Below are positions 27,802 through 45,500 of a DNA stretch of 64,000 nt, piece by piece (position 1 is the stretch's first letter; the number at the start of each line of letters is the position of its first letter). A program made the position numbers and the translations under genes. The stretch lies in assembly GCF_009914755.1 (NCBI RefSeq), contig NC_060929.1; one strand, written 5' to 3'. The notes below the pieces were generated by a model. That model was not told where the DNA came from. It did not search any database and was given only the letters and a program-made list of their open reading frames with translations. This stretch comes from the human T2T-CHM13v2.0 reference genome, Homo sapiens.

Positions 27802-28683
27802 ACTATGACATTTAATCAACTAGTATTCTGGTCAATCAATAATGACAATTTGACACAAACTAGTTAATGATTGCTTTACATAACAATGTAGCATATTGTT
27901 AAGAAATTTTAGGCATTAGCTAATCAACTTCCATAGATAGGAAAAGAACTAAAGTACTCAGCTAAATTAAATGACATTTAAAAAGTTATATAACACATTG
28001 GAAGAAAACAAAACACGAAATTATTCTGTTTTGATTAAGACCCTCATTTGTAGATGTAAAGATAGACTAAGAAATAAATAAATTCTAAGAAAAGTAATAT
28101 AAAATATTGGATTATGAATAACATATATACTATATCTAATGTCTACATAAACTCAACTGTATATACTGTAATTTATTTTTAAGGTGTGCTTTATAGGGAA
28201 TGTATATAGTGTACCAATGTTTATTAGTTTGTGACCCAAGTTCCTCTAAGCAGAGCTATGAGTAAGTTATTTTCAATTTCAATGGACATCACAACTTTAA
28301 GTGCTATTTTATGTTAATACTGAAGTTCATTAAATTTGCCTTTAACAATTGTTACTTTTATTTTAGACTTAAGTGACATAATTAGACATATATTCTCAGA
28401 ATATTAGAAGGTGACAGCAAGTTTTGAAATTAATTAGATTTTTTTTAAAAAAAGAGATACCAGATGTTTAAATTAGGAAGATATGGGCTTTTACAAGTTT
28501 CCTTATAGTGCTGAAAAATAATAGAAATATATTAGTATAGAAGATTAAACTTTCTAAGTATTTCTATAATTTTCTGTCTTTTTTAAATTATAACATATTT
28601 GCGAAGATATAGGCTATATTACATTGATGTAGATTCTATCAAGTGAATCATATTTAAAACTACACAAATGAAGTACTTTTTAA

Positions 28684-29032
<349 letters not shown>

Positions 29033-29074
29033 TAATTTTAAACTGTGATTGAGAAAATGACTTCCAAATAAATG

Positions 29075-29965
29075 ATCAAGAGGGTGGGACTGCCCTGTAG
29101 GGCCCAGAGGACAAAATATCAAACCACGGTGTTACTCTTGGGCCTTGAAACCTAGTGGAATGCTGGATTTTGGGCTTGCTTGAGATCTGTGACCCCTATA
29201 TTCCTTCCAATTTCTCTCTTTTGGAATGGAAAATCTATCCTCTGCCTGTCCCACCATTGTATTTTGGAAGTGGATAATTTATTTTCTAGTTTCACATGTT
29301 CACAGAGGAAGAGGAATTTTGCCCAGGAGGAGCCATATCCAAAGTCTCACCCATACCTGATTTAAATTATTTAGATGACCTAATTTGGGACTTTTTATGC
29401 TTGTATTTAGACAGAATTTTGGATTTAGGGTTAATGCTAGAATGGCTGAAGACTTTTGAGAAGCGGTGAATGTTTTTTATATTTGGGATGAATGTCAATG
29501 TTGGGGGGGCAGAGGCAGACTTAACTGAATTAAATAGTGTTCCTCCAAAATTCATGTCCACCTGGAACTTCGGAATGATCTTTCTTGGAAATGGGGTCAT
29601 GGCAGATGTAATTAGTTAAGATGAGGTCATACTGAATTAGGGTAGACCCTAAATTCCCTGACTCATGTCCTTATTTGAAGTCCACGTGAAGAAGCAGAGA
29701 CATACACACAGGGGACAAGTCCATGTGAAGCTAGAAGGAGAGACTACAGGGATGCATTTACAAGCCAAGGAATGTCAGGGATCACTGACAACCACCAGAA
29801 GCTGGAAAAGACAAGGAAGAATTCTTCCCTAGAGCCTTCAGAGGAAACATAACCCTCTCAAACCTTAATTTCAGACTTTTAGCCTTCATAACTGTGAGAG
29901 AATACATTTCTATTATTTTAATCCACTTTGTGATACTTTGTGACTGCAGCCCTTGGAATCTAAGG
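29075..29965 (+). mobile_element. MLT1 internal 3' end, PPT and MLT1B-like 3' LTR
   Basis: G-rich PPT near 29503-29520, then ccaaaattcatgtccacctggaac...gcagcccttggaatctaa. Confidence 0.8.
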
Positions 29966-30491
29966 TGGTATTTATCCTCAGACTTGTCAGCAGTAACGAG
30001 GTAAACAGAAGTTGGAGCTCAGAAGTACTTTGAGAACATGAAGGGAATAGCTACAGGGAAATCATACATTTATATGTTAAATACAGCATTGGTGACTAAA
30101 TCCACACTGTAGTATTGCTAGCAAGTTGCTAGGTTTACATATAAATACTATATGCTTGCAAGTATTTAAGAAATTGTGTTATTATGACATAGTACTTTTT
30201 AAGGGACCCTGGACTCAGTTCAAAAAATTTTTGCCAAGGTTGTCTTCTAAGTACACAGTCATAAAGTAACCTTTAAAATTAACATCCGGTATCTCCTTGA
30301 AGCATGCCCAAATGTACCTACTCAATTTTCCACTGCAAAACTCACAAGATACTAATAAATTTCTGTTATGTTGTCATCTAGCTTTCATGCATTTATGTAG
30401 TTCATCCTCATGTACACCTTATCTATAAAGCAAAAAATACTTAATAAAACCTGGAAAAAGAAAAGGGGATATATACCATATAGGGGAGATT

Positions 30492-30639
30492 TTATATATA
30501 TATATATATATATTTATGTATCATACCATATATATATATACCATATATATATACTATGATATGTATTTATATGTATAATATGAATGTATATAAATACACA
30601 CACACATACATATACATGCATACACACATATACACATAT
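30492..30639. repeat. (TA)n/(CA)n low-complexity tract
   Basis: Seen directly. Confidence 0.85.
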
Positions 30640-31039
30640 GAAAAGGACATACGTCATTTACCATCTCTTATAAAAGCAGAAACTACAGTGGCGTAAGCAT
30701 GATTAAAAATTTCTTTTTAACAATGCAATGAGCTAGCCAACTGACAAAAACTAATTTTTAGAGGCTCATCCTTCCTCTTTTCTGCTTGGTGACTTACCTC
30801 TATTGCCATCTAACTTCAAGTCATATCAGAGACATCATTTCTTCCAGGATGACTTCCTCAAATTCCACATGCAGATAATTATCTTCCAGGTAGTGGCTGG
30901 TTCCCCAGTGCTCTTTCAAACTTTCCATTGCAGTGTACATATTTGTTTATATGATTGTCTTCTACACTTGACTATCATCCCTTAAAGAAGTTCATTGGAA
31001 TATATGGGCTGCTTTTTCCTTCCAGTCTTGAATATTATT

Positions 31040-31205
31040 TATTTTTAAAAACAGCTTTAACAATATAGCTGACATAAAATAAATTGCATATATTTTAAGT
31101 GTACAAATTGATGAGCTTTGATGTATATCTACACCCATTGGTATGGACCATCACCACAGCAGGAGATTTAATATATCCATCAACATTCCCAAAACTTTTC
31201 TCATG
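31040..31205 (-). mobile_element. L1MB/MC 3' end fragment
   Basis: aacagcttt...aaattgcatatattttaagtgtacaa. Confidence 0.7.
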
Positions 31206-31392
31206 TAGATGGGCTGCATTTAAGTGAAGTTTTAGCAAAGAGGTTGATTCTTTAGAACTTAAAGAATTCTGGAGTCCTTGGGGGTAGGTTCCAAGATGGC
31301 CAAATAGGAACAGCTCCAGTCTACAGCTCCCAGCATGAGCAACACAGAAGACAGGTGATTTCTGCATTTCCAACTGAGGTACTGGGTTCATC

Positions 31393-31839
31393 TCACTGGG
31401 ACTTGTTGGACAGTGGGTGCAGCCCACAGAGTGTGAGCTGAAGGAGGGCGGGGCATCGCCTCACCCGGGAAGTGCAAGGGGTCAAGGAATTCCCTTTCCT
31501 AGCCAAGGAAAGCTGTGACAGATGGTACCTGGAAAATCGGGACACTCCCACACTAATACTACACTTTTCCAATGGTCTTAGCAAATGGCACACCAGGAGA
31601 TTATATCCCGTGCCTGGCTCAGAGGGTCCCATGCCCATGGACCCTCGCTCACTGCCAGCAAAGCAGTCTGAGATTGAACTGCAAGGCAGCAGCGAGGCTT
31701 GGGGGAGGGGGGTGCGTCTGCCATTGCTGAGGCTTGAGTAGGTAAACAAAGCAGCTGGAAAGCTGGAACTGGGTGGAGCCCACAGCAGCTCAAGGAGGCC
31801 TGCCTGCCTCTGCAGACTCCACCTCTGGGGGCAGGGCAT
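31393..31839 (-). other. L1 ORF0-homologous antisense ORF (148 aa)
   Basis: ASLLPCSSISDC...GPSEPG.GYNLLV...VGVSRFSR matches the recalled ORF0 sequence. Confidence 0.6.
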
Positions 31840-32299
31840 AGCTGAACAAAAGGCAGCAGAAACTTCTGCAGACTTAAATATCCCTGTCTGACAGCTTTGA
31901 AGAGAGTAGTGGTTCTCCCAGCACGGAGTTTGAGATCTGAGAATGGACAGACTGCCTCCTCAAGTTGGTCCCTGACCCCCAAGTAGACTAACTGGATGAC
32001 ACCTCCCAGTAGGGGTTGACTGACACCTCATACAGCCGGGTGCCCCTCTGAGACAAAGCTTCCAGAGGAAGGATCAGGCAGTAACATTTGCCATTTTGCA
32101 ATATTTGCTGTTCTGCAGCCTCCGCTGGTGATACCCAGGAAAACAGGGTCTGGAGTGGATCTCCAGCAAACTCCAACAGACCTGCAGCTGTGGGTCCTGA
32201 CTGTTAGAAGGAAAAGTAACAAACAGAAAGGATATCCACACCAAAACCCCATCTGTATGTTACCATCATCAAAGACCAAAGGTAGATAAAACCACAAAG

Positions 32300-33324
32300 A
32301 TGGGGAGAAACCAGAGCAGAAAAGTGGAAAATTCTAAAAATCAGAGCACCTCTTCTTCTCCAAAGGAATGCAGCTCCTTGCCAGCAACGGAACAAAGCTG
32401 GATGGAGAATGACTTTGATGAGTTGAGAGAAGAAGGCTTCAGATGATCAGTATTAACAAACTTCTCCGAGCTAAAGGAGGATGTTCGAACCCATTGCAAA
32501 GAAGCTAAAAACCTTGGAAAAAGATTAGATGAATGGCTAACTAGAAAAAACACTGTAGAGAAGACCTTAAATGACCTGGTGGAGCTGAAAACCATGGCAT
32601 GAGAACTACGTGACACATGCACAAGCTTCAGTAGCCAATTTGATCACATGGAAGAAAGGGTATCAGTGATTGAAGATCAAATGAATGAAATGAAATGAGA
32701 AGAGAAGTTTAGAGAAAAAGGAGTAAAAAGAAACAAATGAAGCCTCCAAGAAATATGGGACGATGTGAAAAGATCAAATCTATGTCTGACTGGTGTACCT
32801 GGAAGTGACGGGGAGAATGGAACCAAGTTGGAAAACACTCTTCAGGATATTATCCAGGAGAACTTCCCCAACCTAGCAAGGCAGCCCAACATTCAAATTC
32901 AGGAAATACAGAGACTGCCACAAAGATACTCCTCAAAAAGAGCAACTCCGAGACACATAATTGTCAGATTCACCAAAGTTGAAATGAAGGAAGAAATGTT
33001 AAGGGTGGCGAGAGAGAAAGGTCGGGTTATCCACAAAGGGAAGCCCATCAGACTAACAGCAGATCTCTCAGCAGAAACCCTATAAGCCAGAAGAGAGTGG
33101 GGGCCAATATTCAACATTCTTAAAGAAATAATTTTCAAGTCAGAATTTCATATCCAGCCAAACTAAGCTTCATAAGTGAAGGAGGAATAAAATACTTTAC
33201 AGACAAGCAAATGCTGAGAGATTTTGTCACCACCAGGCCTGCCCTACAAGAGCTCCTGAAGGAAGCACTCAACATGGAAAGGAACAACCGGTACCAGCCA
33301 CTGCAAAAACATGCCAAATTATAA
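32300..33324 (+). pseudogene. L1 ORF1p, disrupted
   Basis: ATG at 32300; in-frame TGA at 32444 and further stops; RRM segment IIQENFPNLARQ. Confidence 0.93.
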
Positions 33325-33387
33325 AATTCCATCGATGCTAGGAAGAACTGCATGAACTAATGAGCAAAATAACCAGCTAACATCATA

Positions 33388-37211
<3,824 letters not shown>

Positions 37212-37651
37212 ACAATGAGACAGTTGCACACAGGGTGGGGAACATGAAACACTGGGGCCTGTCATGGGGTGCAGGGAGGGGGGAGGGATAGCATTAGGAG
37301 ATATACCTAATGTAAATGATGAGTTAATGGGTGCAGCACACCAACATGGCACATGTATACATATGTAACAAACCTGCACGTTGTACACATGTACCCTAGA
37401 ACTTAAAGTACATTGAAAAAAAAAGAACTTAAAGAATTCTGGACAAAAATGTCAGTGGATGAGTGGACATTTAAATAATTTGAAGCAGCTAGATTAGAAG
37501 TACTTGTTGGGACATTGAGCTAGCTGGCTAAGACTCATTCTGGGCTGTTGAAATCCTCTTCCTGTAGCACATCTATTTAAGAAATGGTGCCTTGGGTGTT
37601 ATGTTAACTTTAGTGAATGTGGAGCGCAGTAAGAAGGAGTAAAAGCCAATA

Positions 37652-37826
37652 CTGTAGCTTACTAATTCTGAGTTGCACATTTTTTGTATACCTTTTAACT
37701 CTCTGAAATGAAGATACATCTTATAATTAATAGTGTGTCATAGTTTGGTCAGTATTTTTCTTTTCATTAGTATATAAAGTAATAGTGAGTCAATATCAAT
37801 TTTTATCTTATATTCTATAACGTGTA
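37652..37826 (+). mobile_element. MER104-like Tc2 MITE
   Basis: ttctgagttgcacatttt...tctctgaaatgaagatacatctta...gtcatagttt...atcttatattc; ends related to the element at 243-1278. Confidence 0.5.
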
Positions 37827-40193
37827 CTTCTCTGAAGTTAAGAGATCAGAGACAGAATGTCCATATTTTCTGTAAGTTTTTAGTTCCCTCCTCAGCTATG
37901 CTTGATCTGGTATTCTTGGCCAGTTTCCTGGGAGTTGCTGCTAGTCAGTTAGAAAAACACAGGAAAATAATGGAACCACTTGATGCTAACATTACTTGAT
38001 ATGCCTATGACATGTTCCTCTCTCCAAAAAGAAATTAAAATATTCTACGTCATTATATTTTTAAAGAAGGACATATTTCAGGGCCCCACCAAAAATAGAC
38101 AAAGTAAGTGGGACCAGAATAAATGACTAGTCAAATGGAGTTAAGGGGAGGGAAAAAATGGTGGATAGGATGCAGGAATAAATTGCAGCTCCCCGTCTGA
38201 TGGACAGAGCAGCCTGTGGAGGCTCACATTGTGAACTTTTGCTCCAAGAGCTACTTCAGGAATACACCAAGAAAGCTGAAAGAATCCGCAGACCCTTTGA
38301 AGGAAATGGATTCCTCTTTCAGGACCCGGGAGACCAGTCCAAAAACTGAGTGCCCAAACTGTGAAAGTGGCAAAGGGGGATCATCTGCCTCAGAACACAC
38401 ACCCTCACTGGGGAACCTGAAGGTCCAAATTGCTGGAGAAGATTCTGACCTTACCTGGAACTGAGTCAATTTAGAGAGTCAGGCAAAATACATGGTTAGA
38501 GAAAACAGTGGGAAAAGTTCTGTGGGCTCTCTTGTTCCCCAGGAAAGCCATTTCTGCCTTGTCTCACAGGGGTCCTTGGGAAGGACTGCCAGAAAACTTG
38601 GAAAAGACCACAGGGAGAAGGAACCCTGCAGTTGAACTGTAACAATTCCAGCTGAATATGAAGTTTCCTAGCCAGAACTTGGGAGAGGGTGTGATCTGGT
38701 TTGCAGACTCGACAGGCAGGGGGAAGTGTGAGAGTCCTGCTGCTTTCTCAGCCACCGGGCTGGTAGTCTGGGGCAAGTTCTCACAACTGCTCATCCACTG
38801 CCTGGAAACAAACTTGGTGCTGTTTGGGAGTGGGGCACAGTGGGAGTGAGACTGGCCTTTTGGGTCGTATGGGACCTGGGTGAGGCCTGTAACTGCCGGC
38901 TTTCCCCCACTTTCCTAATAGCCTGTATGACATAGCAGAGGCAGCCAAAATCCTCCTGGAAACATAACTCCATTGATCTGAAATGACACTCCCATCCCCT
39001 ACAGAAGCAGCAGCAAATCCTGCCCAAGGAGAGTCTGAGCTCAGACACGTCTAAGCTTGCCACCACCTGATGGCCCTTCCCTACCCACCCTGGTAGCTGA
39101 AGAAAAGGTTATATTCTCTTGGGAGTTCCAGGGTCCCTCCAACTGCCTGATCCTCCCTATACTACCACAGCTGATACTCTCTTGAAAAGATCACCTCCTG
39201 GCAGGAGGCCAACCAGCACAAAAATAGTGCAATAAACAATAATAATACAACTAAGGACTTTCAAAGAGTCCATTTCACTCCCTGCCACCTCCAACAGAGC
39301 AGGTACTGGTATCCGTGCCTGGGAGACCTGAAGATGGTTTACATCAAGGACTCTGTACAGACGCCCCCCATTGCCAGCCCGTAGCCTGGTAGCCCTGCTG
39401 GGTGGCTACATCCAGAAGAGAAATAACAATCACTACAGTTTGGCTCTCAGGAAGCCCCATCCCTAGAAAAAGGGGGAGAGTACTACATCAAGGGAGCACC
39501 CCGTGGGACAAAAGAATCTGAACAGTAGCCTTGAGTGCCAGATCCTCCCTCTGACATAACCTACCCAGATAAGAAGGAACCAGAAAAACAATTCTGATAA
39601 TATGACAAAACAAGGTTCTTTAGTAGCCCACCAAAATCACACTAGCTCACCATCAATGGATCCAAAACAAGAAGAAATCCCTGAATTGCCAGAAAAAGAA
39701 TTCAGAAGGTCAATTATTATGCTAATCAAGGAGGCAACAGAGAAAGGTGAAGTCAAACTTAAGGAAATAAAAAAAGATGTAAGACATGAGAAGAGAAATC
39801 TTCAGTGAAATAAATAGCATAAATTAAAAAAAAAATCACAACTTCAGGAAATAAAGGACACACTTTGAGAAATGTGACGCAAAATCACCAGGTAACCTAT
39901 AAAGGAAAACCTTTCAGATTAACAGCAGATACCCTACAAGCTAAAAGGGATTGGGGCCCTATCTTCACCCTCCTTAAACAAAACAATTAGCCAAGAATTT
40001 TGTATCCAATGAAAATAAGCTTCATAAATGAAGGAAAGATACAGTCTCTTTTCAGACAAAGAAATTGCTGAGAGAATTTGCCATTACCAAGCCAGCACTA
40101 CAAGAACTGCTAAAAGGAGCTCTAAATCTTGGAACAAATTCTGGAAACATGTCAAAACAGAACCACTTTAAAGCATATATCTCACAGGACCTA

Positions 40194-42489
40194 CGTATTC
40201 ATCTGTTCTCATGCTGCTAATACAGACATACTCAAGACTGGGTAATTTATAAAGGAAAGAGGTTTAATTAACTCAGTTCCACATGGCTGGGGAGGCCTCA
40301 CAATCATGGTGGAAGGCAAGGAGGAGCAAAGTCACATGTTACATGGCTGCAGGCAAGAGAGAGTTTGTGCTTTGGAACTTCCCTTTATAAAACCATCAGA
40401 TCTCATGAGACTCATTCACTACCATGAGAACAGTATGGGGAAAACCGTCCCCACGATTCAGTTATCTCCACCTGGCCCTGCCCTTGATGTGTGGGGATTA
40501 TTACAATTCAAGGTGAGAGTTGGGTGGGGACACAGCCAGACCATATCATTCCATCCCTGACCGCTCCCAAATCTCATGTCCTCATATTTCAAAACCAATC
40601 ACGCCTTCCCAACAGTCCCCCAAAGTCTTATTTCAGCATTTACTCCAAAGTCCACAGTCTAAAGTCTCATCTGAGACAAGGCAAGTCCCTTCTTCCTCTG
40701 AGCCTGTAAAATCAAAAGCAAGTCATTTACTTCCTAGATAAAATGAAGGTATGAGCATTGGGTAAATAAACCTATTCTAAATGGGAGAAATTGGCCAAAA
40801 TGAAAGAGCTACAGGCCCCATGCAAGTCCAAAGTCCAATGGGGCAGTCAAATCTTAAAGCTCCAAAATGATCTCCTTTGACTCCATATCTCACATCCAGG
40901 TCACACTGATGCAAGAGGTGGGCTCCGATGGCCTTGGGAAGCTCCAACCCTGTGACTTTGCAGGATATAGCCTCCCTTCTGGCTGCTTTCATGGGCTAGT
41001 GTTGAGCATCTGCAGCTTTTCCAGGCACACAGTGCAAGCTGTTGCTGGATCTACCTTTCTGGCATCTGGAGGATGGTGGCCCTCCTCTCACAGCTCCAAG
41101 AGGCAGTGCCCCCATGGAGACTCTGTGTGGGGTCTCTGACCCCACATTTCCTTTCTGCACTGCCCTAGCAGAGGTTCTTCATAACAGCCCGCCCATGCAG
41201 CCAATTTCTGCCTGGACTTCCAGGCGTTTCCATACATCCTCTGAAATCTAGGCTGAGGTTCCCAAACATTAATTCTTGACTTCTGTGCACCCACAGGACC
41301 AACACATGTGGAAGCTGCCAAGACTTGGGGCTTTCACCCTCTGAAGCAATGACCTGAGCTGTATGTTGGCCCCTTTTAGTCACAGCTGGAGCTAAAGCAA
41401 CTGGGACACAGGGCACCACGTCCCAAGGCTGCATAGAGCAGGAGAGCCCTGTTGTCTGGCCCACAAAACCATTCTCCCCCACTAAGCCTCCATGTCTGTG
41501 ATAGGAGGGGCTTCTGTGAAGGTCTGTAACATGCCCTGGAGACATTTTCTCTGTTGTTTTGGGGATTAACATTCAACTACTCATTACTTATGTAAACTTC
41601 TGCAGCCAGATTGAATTTCTCTCCAGAAAAATGGGTTTTTCTTTTCTATCGCATTGTCAGGCACAAATTTTCCAAACTTTTGTGCTCTGCTTCCTCTTGA
41701 ACACTTTGCTGCTTAGAAAGTTCTTCTACCAGATACCCTGAATCATCTCTCTCAAGTTCAAAGTTCCACAAATTTCTAGGGCAGGGGCAAAATGCCAGTC
41801 TCTTTGCATAGCAAGAGTGACCTTTACTCCAGTTCCCAACAAGTTTCTCATCTCCATCTGAGACCACCTCAGGCTGGACCTTATTGTCCATATCACCATC
41901 AGCATTTTGGTCAAAGCCATTCAACAAGTCTCTAAGAAGCTCCAAACTTTCCCACATATTTCTGTCTTCTTTGGAGCCCTCTAAGTCTCTAGGAATTTCC
42001 AGACTTCCCCACATTTTCCTGTCTTCTTCTGAGCCCTCCAAACTTCCAGTCTCTGCCTGTTATCCAATTCCAAAGTCGCTTCCACGTTTTTGGGTATCTT
42101 TATATCTGCACCCCACTCCTAGTACCAATTTACTGTATTAGTCTATTCTCATGCTGCTAATAAAGACATACCCAAGACTAGGTAATTTATAAAGGAAAGA
42201 GGTTTAATTGACTCACAGTTCCACATGGCTGGGGAGGCCTCACAATCATGGTGGAAGCCAAAGAGGAGCAAAGTCACGTCTTACATGGCAGCAGGCAAGA
42301 GAAATCTTGTGCCAGGGAACTGCTGTTTATAAAAACATCAGAACTCATGAGAGTTATTCACTACCATGAGAACAGTATGGGGGAAACTATCCCCATGATT
42401 CAATTATCTCCACCTGGCCCTGCCCTTGTCATGTGGAGATTATTACAATTCAAGGTAAGATTTGGGTGGTGACACAGAAAACCATATCA
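40194..42489 (-). mobile_element. Complete THE1 (C/D-like) provirus: LTR 42134-42489, internal 40549-42133, LTR 40194-40548
   Basis: Two homologous LTRs flanking about 1.6 kb of internal sequence; TSD accta. Confidence 0.96.
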
Positions 42490-42551
42490 ACCTATAAAAC
42501 AAAAATACAATAAATTTAAAAAACAAGGTATTCAGGCAGCAAATAGCACAA

Positions 42552-45500
42552 TGAATTGAATAGTACACATCTCAATACAATGTTGAATGTAAGTGGCCTA
42601 AATGCTCCATGTAAAGCATGCAGAATTGAATAATGGATAAGAATTCATCAGTCAAATATCTGCTGCCTTTAAGAGACTCATCTAACACATAAGGACTCAC
42701 ATGAACTGAAGGTAAAGGGGTGAAAAAAGATGTTCCATGCTAATGGACACCAAAAGCGAGCAGGATCAGTCATTCTTATATCAGACAAAATAAACTTTAG
42801 ACAACAGCAGTTAAAAAAGACAAAAGGGACATTGTATAATGATAAAAGGCCTTGTCCAACAGGAAAATATCATGATTCTAAATATATACACACCTAACAC
42901 TAGAACTTCCAAATTTATAAAACAATTACTACTAGATCTAAGAAATGAGATAGAGAGCAACACAACATAGTGGAGGACTTCAATACTCCACTGATAGCAG
43001 TAGACAGGTGATTAAGACAGAAAGTCAGCAAAGAAACAATGGATTTAAACTATACCCTAGAACAAATGGACTTAACCGATATTTAAAGAACATTCTACCC
43101 AACAACCACAGAATATACATTCTATTCATCAGTGCATGGAACTTTCTATAAGATAGACCATATGTTATGCCACAAAACAAATCTCAATAAATTTAAGAAA
43201 TTTGAAATCATATCAAGTATTCATTCTCTCAGACCACAGTAGAATAAAATTGGAAATCAACTCCAAAAGGAACCTTCAAAACCATGCAAATACATGGAAA
43301 TTAAATAACCTGCTCCTGAATAATCATTGGGTCAACAATGAAATCAAGATGGAAATTAAAAAATTCTTTGAACTGAATGACAATAGGGACACAATCTATA
43401 AAAACCTCTGGGATACTGCAAAGGCAGTGCTAAGAGGAAAGTTTATTGTCATAAATGCCTACATCGAAAAGTCTGAAAGAGCACAAATAGACAATCTAAG
43501 GTCTCACCTCAAGGAACTAGAGAAACAAGAACAAACCAAACCCAAACCCAGTAAAAGAAAAGAAATAACCAAGATTAGAGCAGGACTAAATGAAGTTGAA
43601 ACAAAAAAACACAAAAGAGAAATTGAAAAAAGCTGGTACTTTGAAAAGATAAATGAAATTGATAAACCATTAGCAAGATTAACCAAGAAAAGAAAAGAGA
43701 AGATTCGAATGAGCTCAGTTAGAAATGAAATGGGAGATACTACAACCTACACTGCAGAAATACAAAAGATTATTCCAGGCTACTATGAACATCTTTATGC
43801 ACATAAACCAGAAAACCCAGAGGAGACGGATAAATTTCTGGAAATATACAACCCTCCTAGCTTAAATCAGGAAGAATTAGAAACCCTGAATAGACCAATA
43901 ACAACCTGCAAGATTGAAATTGTAATAAAAAAGTTACCAAGAAAAAACCCTCTAGGACCAGATGGATTCACAGCTGAATTCTATCAGACATTCAAAGAAG
44001 AATTGGTACCAATCCTACTGACATTATTCTACAAGATAGAGAAAGAAGGAATTCTCACTAAATCATTCTATGAAACCAGTATCACCCTAATACCAAAACC
44101 AGGAAAGGACATAACAAAAAAAGAAAACTACAGACCAATATCTCTGATGAACATAGATGCAAATATCCTTAACAAAATACTAGCTAAAAAAATCTAATAG
44201 CATATCAAAAAGATAATACACCAGATCAAGCAAGTTTCATACCAGGGATGCAGGGATGGTTTAACATATGCAAGTCAAGAAATGTGATGCACCACATAAA
44301 CAGAATTTTAAAAAAATTCACATAATCATCTCAATAGATGCAGAAAAAGCATTTAACAAAATCCAGCATTACTTTACGATTAAAACCCTCAGCAAAATCA
44401 GCATACAAAGGACATACCTCAAGGTAATAAAAGCCATCTATGACAAACCCATAACCAACATAATACTGAATGGGGAAAAGTTGAAAGCATTCCCTGTGAG
44501 AACTGGAACAAGACAAGGATGTCCACTCTTGCCATTCCTCTTCAATATAGTACTGGAAGTCCTAGCCAGAGCAATCAGACGAGAAATAAATAAAGGGCAT
44601 CCAAATCAGTAAAGAGGAAGTCAAATTGTCACTTTTGCTGATGATATGATAGTTTACCTCAAAAACTTTAAAGATTATTCCAGAGAGTTCCTAGAACTAA
44701 TAAAAGAATTCAGCAAAGTTTCTGGATACAAGATTAATGTATGAAAATTGGTAGCTCTTCTTTACACCAACAGTGACCAAGCTGAGAATAAAATCAACTA
44801 CTCAACCCCTTTTACAATAGCTGCAAAAAAATACTTAGGAATATACCTGACCAAGGGGGTAAAAGACCTCTACAAGGAAAACTACAAAACACTGCTGAAA
44901 GAAATCATAGATGACACAAAAAATGGAAACACCTCCCATGCTCATGGATGGGTAGAATCAATAGTGTGAAAATAATCACACTGCCAAAAGCAATCTACAA
45001 ATTCAGTGCAATTCCCATCCCATCAAAGTACCACCATCATTCTTCACAGAACTAGAAAAAACAATCCTAAAATACATATGGACCCCAAAAAGAGCCTGCA
45101 TAGCCAAAGCAAGACTAAGCAAAAAGAACAAATCTAGAGGCATCACGTTACCTGATTTCAAACTATACTATAAGGCCATAGTCACCAAAACAGCATGCCA
45201 CTGGCATAAAAAATAGGCACCTAGACCAATGGACCAGAATGGAGAACCCAGAAATAAAACCCAAGTGCTTACAGCCAACTGATCTTCGACAAAGCAAACA
45301 AAAGCATAAAGTGGGGAAAGGAAACCCTATTCAACAAATGGTGCTAGGATAATTGGCAAGCCACATGTACGAGAATGAACTGGATCCTCATCTCTCACCT
45401 TATACAAAAATCAACTCAAGATGGATGAAGGACTTAAATTTAAGACCTGAAACTATAAAAATTCTAGAAGATAACACTGAAAAAGCCCTTCTAGACATTG

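Noticed and set aside
30114-30133. Overlapping palindromes ttgctagcaa / tagcaagttgcta (RFX-like)
   Set aside because: Too short, and the spacing does not fit an X-box.
43202-44197. 331-aa ORF
   Set aside because: Residual open stretch of L1PB ORF2 with no true start; it ends before the RT core.
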